A DNA stretch of 64,000 nt, taken from assembly GCA_964016885.1 (NCBI GenBank), contig OZ024743.1, forward strand, positions 47,120,001 to 47,184,000, given 5' to 3'. Below, piece by piece: positions 51,283 to 64,000 of this stretch; the first letter of the stretch is position 1, and the number at the start of each line of letters is the position of its first letter. The translations under genes were made by a program, and so were the position numbers. Below the pieces are notes generated by a model. That model saw only the letters and a program-made list of their open reading frames with translations, was not told the DNA's origin and did not search any database. The DNA comes from Eledone cirrhosa. Taxonomy: Eukaryota.

Positions 51283-51980
51283 TAGAAGCTTTCGCCGTAT
51301 TTTTTTACTAAAGAAATGTTAGCCTGATAGTGTGGTTTAGAACCCTCTAAGAAATATACACCCACCCTATCATTTTCACTAAATTGATACAACGAAAATA
51401 CTTATCTGTCAAACAATAAATAAATCTCCGGTTTATTGCCAGTGTGCCGTCAGACCTACAGCACACGCATATACCTCTTAAATCCTGACTCCAAGTACAT
51501 TTTATCAGTTATCTCTTCACCACCTTAACACTACATCTAATGTACCCTATAGCAGTTTTCACATGTCAATTTCATACATCTGTATCATATCAGTTCGTTT
51601 AATATGCTAGATTCATCATTATACTCTATTTCTTACTTATATTGATGTTATTATTTTAACTATTCAGTATCTAGTTATTTTATTATTGATATTATTGTTC
51701 TGGTTTAATACCACTCCTCTATAAAAGCCATGCCTGAGTATCTTCCTCACTTTCGCACGCTCTGATGAAAACGACTGGTTATAAACAAAGTATTGGAGAT
51801 CGATTGACGCAACATCAAGCGAGTAGCGAACTCTAGACCTACCAGATCAAAGAAACAATTGGTCTGCAATGTGAATAAATCCCTTATTGTATAGCCAACA
51901 ATGTCACTCTTCTTTCTTGAATTATATATATATATATATATATATGGGGAGGGTCATATTTGTGTAATATTGCCAGAATT

Positions 51981-52023
<43 letters not shown>

Positions 52024-52180
52024 GAACTGGGATTGGAGTTGTAGGTGAGTAAACAGGAGCAACACATCACCCGGTCAGGGAACTCACGACTTTATGATCG
52101 CGAGTCCAGCACCCTACCCACTAAGCCATATACACCTTCATAAAAATGAACGAAATCGTTTTTTTACTTACATAACTTAC

Positions 52181-52350
52181 ATATGGGCTGAACGGTGAGC
52201 TTCTTAGTATCGAAGTAAGCATCTGTGTCTATGAATACTGCACACTTGTAGAGACCTTCGTCAAATTCTGTCACTCCTTCGATGTATAACGCACTGCGTG
52301 CTACTATCCGTTCATTCTCATTTCCCTGGATTAGATTGCCGTCTCGGAAC
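52181..52350 (-). CDS. Protease exon, first Ig domain C-terminal half
   Basis: (W)FRDGNLIQ..SALYIEGVTEFDEGLYKCAV..KLTVQPI. The split TG/G codon restores the Ig Trp. Confidence 0.9.
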
Positions 52351-52969
52351 CTAAACAACAGACAAGGGATGGGTGACAACATTGAAATAGTCTGTTGCAC
52401 GTGCACACACGCAAAGACACACACATACCCCACACACGCACTACCCCCCCCCCTGCTCCCCCCACACACTACCACGCATACATACACGCTCCCCCTACAC
52501 ACACACTCCCCCTACACACACACTATCACACATACACACACACTACCACACATACACACAAACTACCACACACACACACAACACTCTCCCCCACACACAC
52601 TATCACACATACACACACTACCACACATACACACACACACACACTCGCCCCACCCACACACTACCACACATACCACCACTCCCCCCACAATACCACACAT
52701 ACACACACACACACACACACTCGCTCCACACACTACCCCCCCCCACATGAATAAATAAGTTCAATGAGCCCTACATTTCTAAAATTGTGTTGGGGATATA
52801 CATGACCAGTAAATATACTTTTTAAGAATCAGAAATGTAAATTTCTTAAAGTCCTGTTCTAGTCGAAACCACATCAGCTACTGTAACAGTGAAACTCTAA
52901 ACACCTTTCAGCTACCATTCCTGGGGTTCTTCAACCTCCAGAGAGCCTGGTGTTATACATCCTCCAAAA

Positions 52970-53039
<70 letters not shown>

Positions 53040-53044
<5 letters not shown>

Positions 53045-53416
53045 TGTTGGATGTGCAATGTCAATGTGCGTGAATAACCAAGCATAGATGAGTTGAGAGA
53101 GAAACTGGGTATAAGAGGGATAAGTTGTGGTGTGCGGGAGAGAAGACTGAGATGGTATGGACATGTGATGCGCATGGAGGATGACCGCTGGGTAAAGAAG
53201 TTCCAAGAAATCCCAGTAGAAGGAAGATACAGTAGAGGAAGACCACGTAAAACATGGGCGGAGGTGGTGAGAGCAGACCTCAGATTGCTGAAACTCACGG
53301 AGGAGATGACAAAGGACCGTGACAAGTGGAGAGATGCTGTGCTGAATAGGACACGTCCCACCCTTGCAAGCAGGGAAAAGCGGACATAAAATGATGATGA
53401 TGATGATGATGATGAT
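53040..53416 (+). mobile_element. RTE LINE 3' fragment
   Basis: LREKLGIRGI..RRLRWYGHVMRM..RGRPRKTW with (GAT)n tail. Confidence 0.85.
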
Positions 53417-54123
53417 ACAAGTCAGCTGACTTGAGGTACTATAAAGGTCCAATTGGCAGAGTCACTAGAGTATCGGATTAAAAATACCTCGGTATTTATT
53501 CTCACTCAGCGCACTCTGAGTTTAAATTATACCAAGGTTAAGTCAGCCTTTCATCCTTTCGAGGTCGATAAATAAAGTACCTGTTTAATACTGTAATTAA
53601 TTTTCCCTCCCACTCTCTTTCTATCTCTCCTTCTTTTTCTGGAAGAAATCGGATGCATTCTAACCTGGAGAGGGATGGGATTCACCATATTTAAGATATT
53701 CAAGACATGCCGTGTGTCAGAACGGCGCTTCTACGTCTCCATTAGAAGTTAATGGCCCTTTGTGTGTAGTTGGTTGTCGAGGGTAAAGAATGATCAAACG
53801 ACAACCCGGTGGATACAAAGATTGTAATGGTTTGGTAGAGATTGAGTTTAGGGGCGGGAAATAAGGCAAGGGTGTTTGCAGTGTCCGTATGCCAGTCAGG
53901 GATGTGTGTATGGGGGTAAAACTAATTATTGTTGTAAAGAGTTGAAAATTGTAAAAGTTTCGTCTTTGGCATTAACAGCCTCATTGTAGGATAAGTGTGA
54001 AAGCAAAGCAGAGTTGTGAACATTGAAGTCTCCGAGGACGATGTCTTCAGAGAGTGCTGAAATGAGAAACATAATTTAATGTATTTTAGAAAAACGAGTT
54101 GTGTTCAGTCTATATAAACTTAC

Positions 54124-54227
54124 CAGTAAACTTTATCTAGTTTATTTCCGTTTAAGGTACAAGTGTATATAATATTTGACATTCTTTCAACGACACTGTT
54201 GCCTATCATTTTCACTTCATACTTGGG
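54124..54227 (-). CDS. Protease exon, first Ig domain N-terminal half
   Basis: PKYEVKMIGNSVVERMSNIIYTCTLNGNKLDKVY(W). ttttcag acceptor and gtaagt donor; phase 0 to 2 fits both neighbours. Confidence 0.85.
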
Positions 54228-54937
54228 CTGAAAAGTGAAAAGAAAATTATAGTGTTGGTGCCAAACAAATCTAGATATCTTGAACAAACATTAATTTACG
54301 TTTTCCATTTAGCACGGTAGTGTTACAGTAGTGGCTAAACATGTCTTCTGTGTGAGGCTTCTAACAATATACAGGACTATAGGAGAAATTGAACTTGACA
54401 GAATATGGATATGAAATTCTCATTAATTATGTTATGTTGAGCTGTTGTTTAATCCCGGTCTTTCCTGATCCTGAAAACCTATGATCAAAGACATTCCAGC
54501 TGTGACAATCTGGTTTTTGTTGAGATGCAGTGTATGACTGAATGTGTACCTCCTCTTTAAAGGAAACACAATTTCATTCCACTCGCCATATATATGAAAA
54601 ATGCAATAGAATATAATGAACCTCCATCGATTTCGTGGATGAGTCTTTCAGTTGTTCGATTAACTGAACAATCTGCTTGTGAAATTAATGTTCAAGTGGC
54701 TAAGCACTCCACAAATATGTGTACTCTTAACATAATAGACTGTAGACTATTTGGTGGGTAAATATAATCCATCAACCAGTTTAAAACCACCACCGTGTAT
54801 TTGGGAACCTTTTATCAGTGTCCACTCTGATGCAAGCATTAGAGCCAGATCTCTAGCTTGAGGATACCCTCATGAGTCACAGAAACCCCGAATAGGATCA
54901 TGGGCACTGTTCTTCCCTCTGTGACTAAACTAAATAG

Positions 54938-55005
<68 letters not shown>

Positions 55006-55018
55006 AGTCACATCTCAC

Positions 55019-55172
55019 CTGATCACAGTTATATCCAATGAAACCTCCAGTGCATAGACAGAGATATCCAATCTTCCTTTCTCTACAGGTTCCACCATTT
55101 TTGCAAGGTTTTTCGAAACAGCTTATTGGTATGTTACAATGCTCGCCTTCGTAGCCGTTAGCACATTTACAC
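55019..55172 (-). CDS. Protease exon, EGF repeats
   Basis: CKCANGYEGEHCNIPISCFEKPCKNGGTCRERKIGYLCLCTGGFIGYNCDQ. Confidence 0.92.
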
Positions 55173-55929
55173 CTGAAATCGACAAAAAAATGCAAATCAT
55201 ACAAATAATCAATTAGTTATCCTTCTAGGGAATGATTGTGTGTGTGACAGCTCACACCTATGCAGGTTTAGCTGGCCTCCTCCAAGGTATATCTCGTTGG
55301 AGGTGTCTTGGGTAATTTAATGATAGGGACCCCAGTCCCTATCATCTCATTTCTGCAGCTGAGTAAACTGGAGCAACGTGAAAAAGTGTCTTGCTCAAGG
55401 AAACAACACATCACCCGGTCCGAGAATTGAACTCACAACCTTTCGATTGCAAGCCTTCACTAGGGAATGATTGATACAAATGTGAATCTAACATGATAGA
55501 ATAAGATCCGAGGAAACTAGTGAATGTCTCTCGTTAGCAACAATAAATCAAAAGGAAAGTTCGCTGAATATTGACTAAATTGAATTGCCATGAAGAGTAG
55601 AATGTTTAACGGTTCGGGATTTTGAACTTCATCAGAGAATTGAAGAAGACGAAGTTGTTTTCCTGTACTACTGGCTGAAACATTACATTTTCTACACTTC
55701 AAGTCAATTGAATTGATTTGACATTCTCTAAACACTACTTTTTATATGATTGAAGTCAAGCTCTTGTTACTCATTATGCATCATTAGCTCATGCATGCAA
55801 GAGGGAATGGAACGCACATCTACCCCTCCTACCAGCTTCACTGCCGTTCTCTTTCGTTTCTACCACCCCAACTTACACATTCTTCTATCTTTTTTACCAG
55901 CCTCATTCACACATTGCTTTATCTTTTCT

Positions 55930-57055
55930 AACAGCTCTACTTCCATACCACTCTATCATTTCTACCAGCTCTACTTCCACGTCACTCTATCATTTCTACC
56001 AGCTCTACTTCCACACCAGTCTATCATTTCTACCAGCTCTACTTCCACGTCACTCTATCATTTCTACCAGCTCTACTTCCACACCAGTCTATCATTTCTA
56101 CCAGCTCTACTTCCACGTCACTCTATCATTTCTACCAGCTCTACTTCCACACCAGTCTATCATTTCTACCAGCTCTACTTCCACGTCACTCTATCATTTC
56201 TACCAGCTCTACTTCCACGTCACTCTATCATTTCTAACAGCTCTACTTCCACGTCACTCTATCATTTCTACCAGCTCTACTTCCACGTCACTCTATCATT
56301 TCTACCAGCTCTATTTCCACACCACCCTATCATTTCTACCAGCTCTACTTCCACATCACTCTATCATTTCTACCAGCTCTATTTCCACACCACCCTATCA
56401 TTTCTACCAGCTCTACTTCCACATCACTCTATCATTTCTACCAGCTCTACTTCCACACCAGTCTATCATTTCTACCAACTCTACTTCCATACCACTCTAT
56501 CATTTCTACCAGCTCTACTTCCACGTCACTCTATCCTTTCTACCAGCTCTACTTCCACACCACTCTATCATTTCTACCAGCTCTACTTCCATACCACTCT
56601 ATCATTTCTACCAGCTCTACTTCCACATCACTTTATCATTTCTACCAGCTCTACTTCCACACCACTCTATCATTTCTACCAGCTCTACTTCCATACCACT
56701 CTATCATTTCTACCAGCTCTACTTCCACATCACTCTATCATTTCTACCAGCTCTACTTCCATACCACTCTATCATTTCTACCAGCTCTATTTCCACATCA
56801 CTCTATCATTTCTACCAGCTCTACTTCCACATCACTCTATCATTTCTACCAGCTATACTTCCACATCACTCTATCATTTCTACCAGGTCTACTTCCACAC
56901 CACTCTATTATATCTACCAGCTCTACTTTCACGTCACTCTATCATTTCTAACAGCTCTATTTCCATACAACTCTATCATTTCTACCAGCTCTATTTCCAT
57001 ACCACTCTATCTTTTCTACCACCTCTACTTCCACATCACTCTATATTTTCTACCA
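55930..57055. repeat. 34-bp minisatellite, about 33 copies
   Basis: Unit ctctatcatttctaccagctctacttccac(g/a)(t/c)ca. Intronic in the protease gene. Confidence 0.95.
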
Positions 57056-57110
57056 GTTTCACTGGCCTTCTTTTACCTACATACTTCAAGAATTAAAATG
57101 CTAAACTTAC

Positions 57111-57156
57111 TGATAATTTTCACAGGTGCCGCCATTGTAACATCTCACTGGACAAC
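57111..57156 (-). CDS. Protease exon, start of first EGF repeat
   Basis: (G)CPVRCYNGGTCENY(Q). ttctag acceptor and gtaagt donor; phase 2 end joins the next exon. Confidence 0.85.
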
Positions 57157-57388
57157 CTAGAAAGTTAAACATTATAAATATGAAATAATACATAAAATAG
57201 ACAATACAGTCTTGGATACATTAAGCCTGAATAAAAAAAATCTGCTTGGTCATGACAGAATTGCAGCTATACAACAACAGAAACTACCCAGCTAAGGCTA
57301 CCTAAACCTAAAGAAATCAGAAGCTACTCGACCAGGACTGACCTCGGACTAAACAACAGCAGAAAACAACATTAGTTAGCCATCTTAT

Positions 57389-57493
<105 letters not shown>

Positions 57494-57604
57494 GAATGGA
57501 GAAAGAGAGACAATTACAAAACAAAATGGGAATACGGAAAAGTAAAAGTAATATAATATAATATAAATTACTGTCTCAAGCATCAAAATAAATGTTACCA
57601 TTAC

Positions 57605-57646
57605 CTGTCCGGTGGAGGAGGGGACAATAATATACATGATCATTCT
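57605..57646 (-). CDS. Possible small symmetric (phase 1-1) exon
   Basis: (E)NDHVYYCPLLHRT with cag/gtaatg donor. Frame-preserving but not needed for the gene model. Confidence 0.3.
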
Positions 57647-57836
57647 CTAATTTCTGAATACAAAGTGGACATACACACAAGCAATTACCATTTATATAGG
57701 GAGATTTCTTGGTGTTAAATTGTCTTGAATGGCTAAAATAATTTTTCCACGTTGTAATTGCTTTAGTTTCAACACACGGTTTCATATGAAATGATTTGTC
57801 AAACAAGTAAAACTCTGAAATAATGATTGCATCTAC

Positions 57837-57971
57837 CTGAAAAAGTGTATGTGGCGGTGAATCCCATATAACTGTTATCATCATTGGTGACAAAATCCAG
57901 TCTTAATGATCTTCCACTTGATGTATACTCTTTGTTCGGGTGTCGACATAATTTATCGAGGACTCTAGCAG
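57837..57971 (-). CDS. Protease exon, CUB domain C-terminal half
   Basis: ARVLDKLCRHPNKEYTSSGRSLRLDFVTNDDNSYMGFTATYTFS matches the CUB pattern LC....S.G..L.L.F.T.....GF.A.Y. 135 nt, phase 1-1. Confidence 0.85.
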
Positions 57972-58079
57972 CTGAAATAATATACATATATATATATATA
58001 TGTTAGGTAATTCCGAAGGAAAAGCAAAGGAAAAAAGAGTGCTCTATGTATAGAAAAGAGCTATTTAATTAGAAACATA

Positions 58080-58145
58080 TCTGTCTGACGATCGATCCAG
58101 ACGTATATTATTATTGTCTGTGATCCAGAAACCTTTGGTAATAGA
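58080..58145 (+). ncRNA. Type I hammerhead, same family as 5970-6044
   Basis: UCUGU CUGACGA ..gauc-cagac..gucug-ugauc.. GAAAC CUUUG GUA AUAGA. Stem I sequence differs from the 5970 copy but still pairs. Confidence 0.7.
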
Positions 58146-58965
58146 GTAGTTATATTTTGTGTTGTTCACTTTTTAATTAAGAAGATCTATATATATACAA
58201 GAAAATATACAAGAAAGATAGAAAACATTATTTCTATTATGAAAAGGGCGGTGGATTGGCAGAGGGTCGGACGCCATACTTTGCAGCATAGAGTTACGAC
58301 CCTTTACTGTCTGATTTCAAATCCCGCCGACGTTAACTTTGTCTTTCATCCTTACGAGGTCGATAAAATAAAGTACCAGTAATGCACTGGAGTAATTGCT
58401 GGCCTTGTGCCAAAAGTAGAAACAATTATTTTTATTATGAATGAATTAACGATTAAGCGTTTCAGCGTTCAATGGAACATTATACAAGAACTAATGTAAG
58501 TCGTGTGTATCCAGTTTAGATAGACCGTATCCCTGCCTGTAGCGTGTGTGACACCTCACACCTATGCAGGTTTAGTTGGCTTCCTCCAAGGTATATCTCG
58601 GTGGAGGTGTCTTGGGTGATTTAATGATATGAACCCCAGTCCTATCATCTCATTTCTACAGCTGAATAAACTGGAGCAACGTGAAATAAAGTGTCTTGCT
58701 CAAGGAAACAACACATCACCCGGTCCAAGAATTGAACTCACAACCTTTCGATTGCAAGCCCAATGCACTAACCACTAAGCCATGCGCCTTCACCTGTAGT
58801 AAGAAGCAACTAAAAGGGTTGGTATCAGGAAGGGCATCTAACTATAAAACATTGTCTCAAAAACTTCCGTCCAATCCATGCAAGCATGGAAAAGTCGACA
58901 TAAAAATGATGACGACGATGAGGACGATGATGAGGATAATGATGATGATGATGATGATGATGATA

Positions 58966-58996
<31 letters not shown>

Positions 58997-59104
58997 GGAT
59001 GAGGATGATGCTGGATTTAATGTAACGTAGGCCTTAAACCTTTAGCTCGTTACTTTATATATACTATTATATTTTTGTGGTAATGGCTTTATCTTACATT
59101 ATTA

Positions 59105-59497
59105 TGGTCGATAAAATAAAGTACCAGTAATGTACTGGGTAATTGCTGGCCTTGTGCCTAAAGTAGAAACAATTATTATGGATTGGCAGTATTGGTAGAG
59201 GGTCGGACGTCATGCTTTGACGCATAGAGTTATGGCCCTTGCCATTCTGAGTTCAAATCCCGCCGAGGTTAACTTTGCCTTTCATCCTTACGGGGTCGAT
59301 AAAATAAAGTACCAGTAATACACTGGGTAATTGCTGGCCTTGTGCCTAACGTAGAAACAATTATTATCTCACATTCTGAGTTCAAATCCCGTCGAGGTTA
59401 ACTTTGCCTTTCATCCTTACGGGGTCGATAAAATAAAGTACCAGTAATGCATTGGGTAATTGCTGGCCTTGTGCCAAAAGTAGAAACAATTATTATC
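59105..59497 (+). mobile_element. Tandem cluster of three SINE copies
   Basis: Three successive ...gtcgataaaataaagtaccagtaat..gaaacaattatt units. Confidence 0.85.
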
Positions 59498-60217
59498 TCA
59501 CATAATGTCGAATCTACGAGATGTTTATGCTATTTATTTTGAGAACAATACCTTAACATCGGTGTGAGCAGCCAGTTATGGCTGGTTTGAAGAGAAAGAG
59601 GTGAGAGCATTCTGGCCGGATACGGCCGGTTTAAATTCTAAAGAATGAAGTATTTGGTTTTAAGTCGACTTATAGCTCGCTTATATCTTACTCTACAAGA
59701 ACTTATATGTGGCTAGGTCTGGTAATACTATTGGAGAAGAGAAACTCGAATAACTTTAGTCATAGTTCTGCTTAATAAGACCCAACGTAAGGATAACAAG
59801 AAGACTGGATGGTCATGACTATGATAATGTGTCATAAGGCTGCTTAAGAAGGGGCAACGTAAGGATGAAAAGAAGACTGGATGGTCATAACTATTATGTG
59901 TCATAGGGCTGCTTAATAAGACCCAACGTAAGACAAAACAACAACAATAAATGTACTCGCAGCGAGAAAACTTTAATAAGTGAAGGAAGAATGCAATAGA
60001 AGTACTACTCACTCTAAACCCGTCTAAGCACTGACTAATGACTAATATATATATATATACGATATGTCTCATATGAAATAATACAGCCAATTTTCCACAC
60101 AATACAATTAGTTAGCACCCCGAACGTTTAATTAGGAATATACTCACTTATTTCCTAATGTTTGTTGAGTGAGTTGGGATTTGGCCGGAGTATCGCTAAA
60201 AGCTTTCTCCGCTAATG

Positions 60218-60283
<66 letters not shown>

Positions 60284-60387
60284 CAAAGAGATATTTAAGA
60301 GCGTACCAAAGTTTTTTGGTACCCTTGAAATATATATAATAAAATAAATAGGGTTTTATAAATATAGTTTCCATTTATTAATATCAT

Positions 60388-60475
<88 letters not shown>

Positions 60476-60738
60476 AAGGCATATATTGAGTTAGAAACTC
60501 AAAATAGTCTCTTACAATAAATTAGCTCTAGGAAAGAGATTTTTCCGAGCCGTAAAATATAACTGAACAAAAAAGAAAAACGAACACAGACATATACATA
60601 ATATATGTGTTCAAATCGTAAGGGACCAGATTCGCTAAGGTGAAAAGAATACTAACTATAGAGAATAGAGTTTGCCAGACTCAATTTAAGAATAAATCAA
60701 GAAAAATAAATACAAACCAGAATTGTGGTAACTACCAA

Positions 60739-60820
60739 TCACCCGGACAGTTTTGATAATACTGTTTCGCAATATTAATTGTGAAGAGGAATACCAAAAT
60801 TCTTGCTCATCAGCGGGTGA
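60739..60820 (-). ncRNA. Canonical type I hammerhead
   Basis: UCACCCG CUGAUGA GCAA..UUGC GAAAC AGU..ACU GUC CGGGUGA. Confidence 0.9.
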
Positions 60821-61102
60821 AGAATTATTAGTATCCTGATCACTTCTAAGTATATTGAAAAACTGGATAGTGTGCGTGTATATAACAACGCACATAGTAG
60901 TTCTAACTCAATATATGCCTTTGATATATTCGGCTCCGTTAATTCGTCGAGCTAATTCAAATGTCGAGTAAACCCGGCTGCTATTTTTAGTGGCGTGAGT
61001 TTGTGAGACACGCTAAGTTCGGATACCATGTGCGTTGTTATATATACGCACAATATACAGTTTTTTAATATACTTAGAAGTGATCAGGATACTAATAATT
61101 CT

Positions 61103-61184
61103 TCACCTGCTGATGAGCAAGGATTTTGGTATTCCTCTTCACAATTAATATTGCGAAACAGTATTATCAAAACTGTCCGGGTGA
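61103..61184 (+). ncRNA. Canonical type I hammerhead
   Basis: UCACCUG CUGAUGA GCAA..UUGC GAAAC AGU-auuaucaaa-ACU GUC CGGGUGA. Confidence 0.9.
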
Positions 61185-61355
61185 TTGGTAGTTACCACAA
61201 TTCCGGTTTGTATTTATTTTTCTTGATTTATTCTTAAATTGAGTCTGGCAAACCCTATTGTCTTTAGTTAGTATTATCTTCACCTTAGCGAATCTGGTCC
61301 CTTACGATTTGAACACATATATGTATGTCTGTGTTCGTTTTTCTTTTTTGTTCAG

Positions 61356-61391
<36 letters not shown>

Positions 61392-61397
61392 TCCCTC

Positions 61398-61458
<61 letters not shown>

Positions 61459-61496
61459 AGTGGTTTTTATATATATAAGTGGTATATATATATATA

Positions 61497-62414
61497 TAAG
61501 TGGTTACACAACAGTTAGTTCACCATACCGAGAACAATTGTTTCACCTTAGTGGATCCTCAGCTCGTAATGGACATGGTTATACGGAACAGGAAGGATAA
61601 CCGTACGAACGCGCATGCGCAGAAACCGGTCACTTCACACAGGCAATACTAAAATGCGTGCGAGAGGTGTAAGGGAGATAACTGCGAAAGTCCGAAAAGT
61701 ATCTAGTTGATAAGAAAATTATGATGTTGTAATTCAATCCGGAGCTTTCTTGTCCCCTTCAACAGCAATGCAACACACCCGCTGTAATTTATGAAGCTGT
61801 GGTCACTTCCAACCCACAAAATCAACCACAGGTGGTCAAATCCTATGTGGGTATGGCGGAGGGCCGATTTAAGGAACGTTTCCTGAACCACCAGTCGACC
61901 TTTAGGTACCCGGACAGACGTTCATCCACGAAACTCGCGAGCCACGTATGGTCCCTCAAGGACTCGAGTATAGACTACTCCATTCAATGGAAAGCCATCA
62001 CTAAGTCCAAGCCATACGCAAGGGGAAATCCGTCGTGTGGACTATGTATTGATTAACGAATAAATATTCTAAAGAGATTATGCAATAGTGATTGCCTAAA
62101 CACGAGAAATGAATTCTTCACACGTTGTCCACACGTCTCGAAACACCTCTTGCATAACTACAAAGCTCCGGATTGAATTACAACGACATCATAATTTTCT
62201 TATCAACTAGATACTTTTCGGACTTTCGCAGTTATCTCCCTTACACCTCTCGCACGCATTTTAGTATTGCCTGTGTGAAGTGACCGGTTTCTGCGCATGC
62301 GCGTTCCAATGGTTGTCCTTCCTGTTCCGTATAACCGTGTTCATTGCGAGCTGAGGATCCGGTAAGGTGAAACAATTGTTCTCAGTATGGTGAACTAACT
62401 GTTGTGTAACCACT
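61497..62414 (+). mobile_element. Truncated Penelope-like element: GIY-YIG fragment between inverted pLTRs
   Basis: About 250-bp inverted arms (61497-61748 and 62162-62414). Between them CPL..C..AVIY.A.V..YVG....FKERF.NH..T.LASHVW.LK..W..C.LC..LN.RNE, with one premature TAA. Confidence 0.85.
62348..62383 (+). ncRNA. Minimal type I hammerhead (antisense copy at 61529-61566)
   Basis: GAG CUGAGGA UCC-GGUAA-GGU GAAAC AAUU GUU CUC. Palindromic stem III acaauugu; stem II is short. Confidence 0.65.
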
Positions 62415-62602
62415 TCTACCTAACTCGTCCATTGAACTGAGTGCTCTACCATTACGGATATTACCTTCCAGTGTTCTATCACTATAAATATATATATATA
62501 AATTCTCCCCCCCCCTCTCTCCCTGTATATATGCGTGTGTGTGTGTGCAAATATATATGTATATATATATATGTATATATATATATACATATATATATAT
62601 AC

Positions 62603-62688
<86 letters not shown>

Positions 62689-62785
62689 TAATATATATAT
62701 GTATATATATATGTATATATACATATATATATTTGCACACACAAACACACACACACATATATATATATATACATATACATATATA

Positions 62786-62818
<33 letters not shown>

Positions 62819-63479
62819 GGAGGGAAGGAGAGAGAGAGTGTATATATATATATATATATATATAACGGTTGGTCTTTTCTGACGACCTCCTCATTGTAAA
62901 TATATAAGTGTTCTTTTCCTTTTCAGATTTATCACATGTCATTTATACTGGTCATCATCATCATCATCATCATCATCATCGTCATTATTATCATCATCAA
63001 CGTCATCATCACCATCATCATCATCACCATCATCATTATCATTATCATTATCGTCATCATCACCATCACCATCATCATCATCATCATCATCGTCATCGTC
63101 ATCATCATCATCATCACAATAGAAAAGTCATCATCATTATTGCCGTTTTTTGTTTATTTTCATGGTAATTAAGTATAAGCTATATATAGCAGTAGTTTAT
63201 GACATGAATCTTTCCTTAGACATGTCTTCTCCATTCTGCTGGACCTTGAGGTCCCAGCAGACAGAATGGAGAAGACATTTCCCCAGAGGATGGCAAGGGA
63301 GACATGCTGGAACAGTCACTCCAACCCGTGGGAATCGCTCTTGCGATTAGCCAACTCCGCCACGATAGCAGTGAGTAGGGATATTGTTTGGGAGTCAAGA
63401 ACGTCTGAAGTCTCACTGTCACAGGCTCGACCACAAACATAGGGGAGAGCCACTGATACTCCCATAGTTTGTCTTCTTC

Positions 63480-64000
63480 GACCTGACTAACAGCGAAGCT
63501 TAGGCTAGTCGACTAATGTACCTGTTGTTGTCGGAGAAGGTATCGCAATATGTAGCATCCCAGAGGACCCTACCACCACAGAACGGGAAGGTTGCCAAGT
63601 CGGTGCACTAGCCTGTCCGAGGTCATGTTGCACTGGATAGAGTCCTATTTGTTTTGGATATCTACACAGAGGAGTGGGGAATGTGGACGTCCGTAAAGTG
63701 GAGGCTGAGCTGGTTCCAAGTCACGTAGGACGCCGCGTTCGCTGATCACAGTAGGTTCCGTTGTGTTGTGGAGAACCCTGTTGATAAGGACACGGAAAAA
63801 TGACGAAAAATGACGAAAAATGACGAAAGAAATGCCACCATTGCCAGTATGAGAACACAGCCACTGGAGAACGGAGGCCAAAGCCACAGTATTTGACGGG
63901 TAAAAAGGCCTGTGTCATCAAACCGGACGTTGCATCTCTCCGCAGCAGCCGGTGTCAAGATCTGTGAACAGAGACGCCTGGTTGTAACGGGGAGCACTGC
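63480..64000 (-). mobile_element. Degenerate CRE/R2-group non-LTR fragment
   Basis: Minus strand contains FPFCGGRVLWDATYCDTFS and LPVKYCGFGLR, homologous to the 44660-45380 element. Confidence 0.6.

Larger units (their letters stand above)
60470..61360. mobile_element. Second copy of the non-coding HHR element, fold-back arrangement
   Basis: 60557-60895 is the reverse complement of 61028-61360. Flanked by (TA)n. Homologous to 26604-27710. Confidence 0.85.

Noticed and set aside
53950-53990. Hammerhead-like motif on the minus strand
   Set aside because: No CUGANGA core; not supportable.
55750-57096. 448-aa ORF
   Set aside because: Read-through of a stop-free 34-bp minisatellite, antisense within a protease intron.
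57605-57814. Long Cys-containing exon following the CUB exon
   Set aside because: It would require a 22-nt intron (57815-57836), which is too short.
62054-62056. Recoded stop (selenocysteine) in the PLE endonuclease
   Set aside because: The codon is TAA, not TGA, at a position where Glu (GAA) is expected, so it is a simple nonsense mutation.
62908-63172. Poly-His, poly-Met and poly-Ile ORFs
   Set aside because: (CAT)n microsatellite.

Overview
AT-rich eukaryotic genomic DNA, dense in (TA)n/(CA)n/(GAT)n microsatellites, SINEs and LINEs; the repeat style suggests a mollusc, probably an octopod (inference). Two spliced genes were reconstructed by hand with consistent GT-AG sites and reading phases. 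The first is the last five coding exons of EMC2/TTC35 (+ strand, 53-19150). The second is a minus-strand mosaic serine protease, CUB-EGF-EGF-Ig-Ig-trypsin (57971 to 44128, 5' part not located), with an intact His/Asp/Ser triad. The rest is mobile DNA: Penelope-like elements (PLEs), RTE, Tx1/L1, CR1/L2 and CRE-type LINE pieces, two tRNA-derived SINE families, Tc1/mariner MITEs, Helitron-like pieces, a probable solo LTR and several minisatellites. There is a 200-N gap at 19174-19373. The most striking signal is a dense set of type I hammerhead ribozyme (HHR) motifs from several families, mostly in fold-back elements inserted in (TA)n tracts. One non-coding, roughly 0.5-kb, circularly permuted HHR family shows compensatory base changes between copies and looks retrozyme-like. 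Most ORFs in the supplied track are microsatellite or antisense artefacts. All structures were read by eye; no folding or database search was run.
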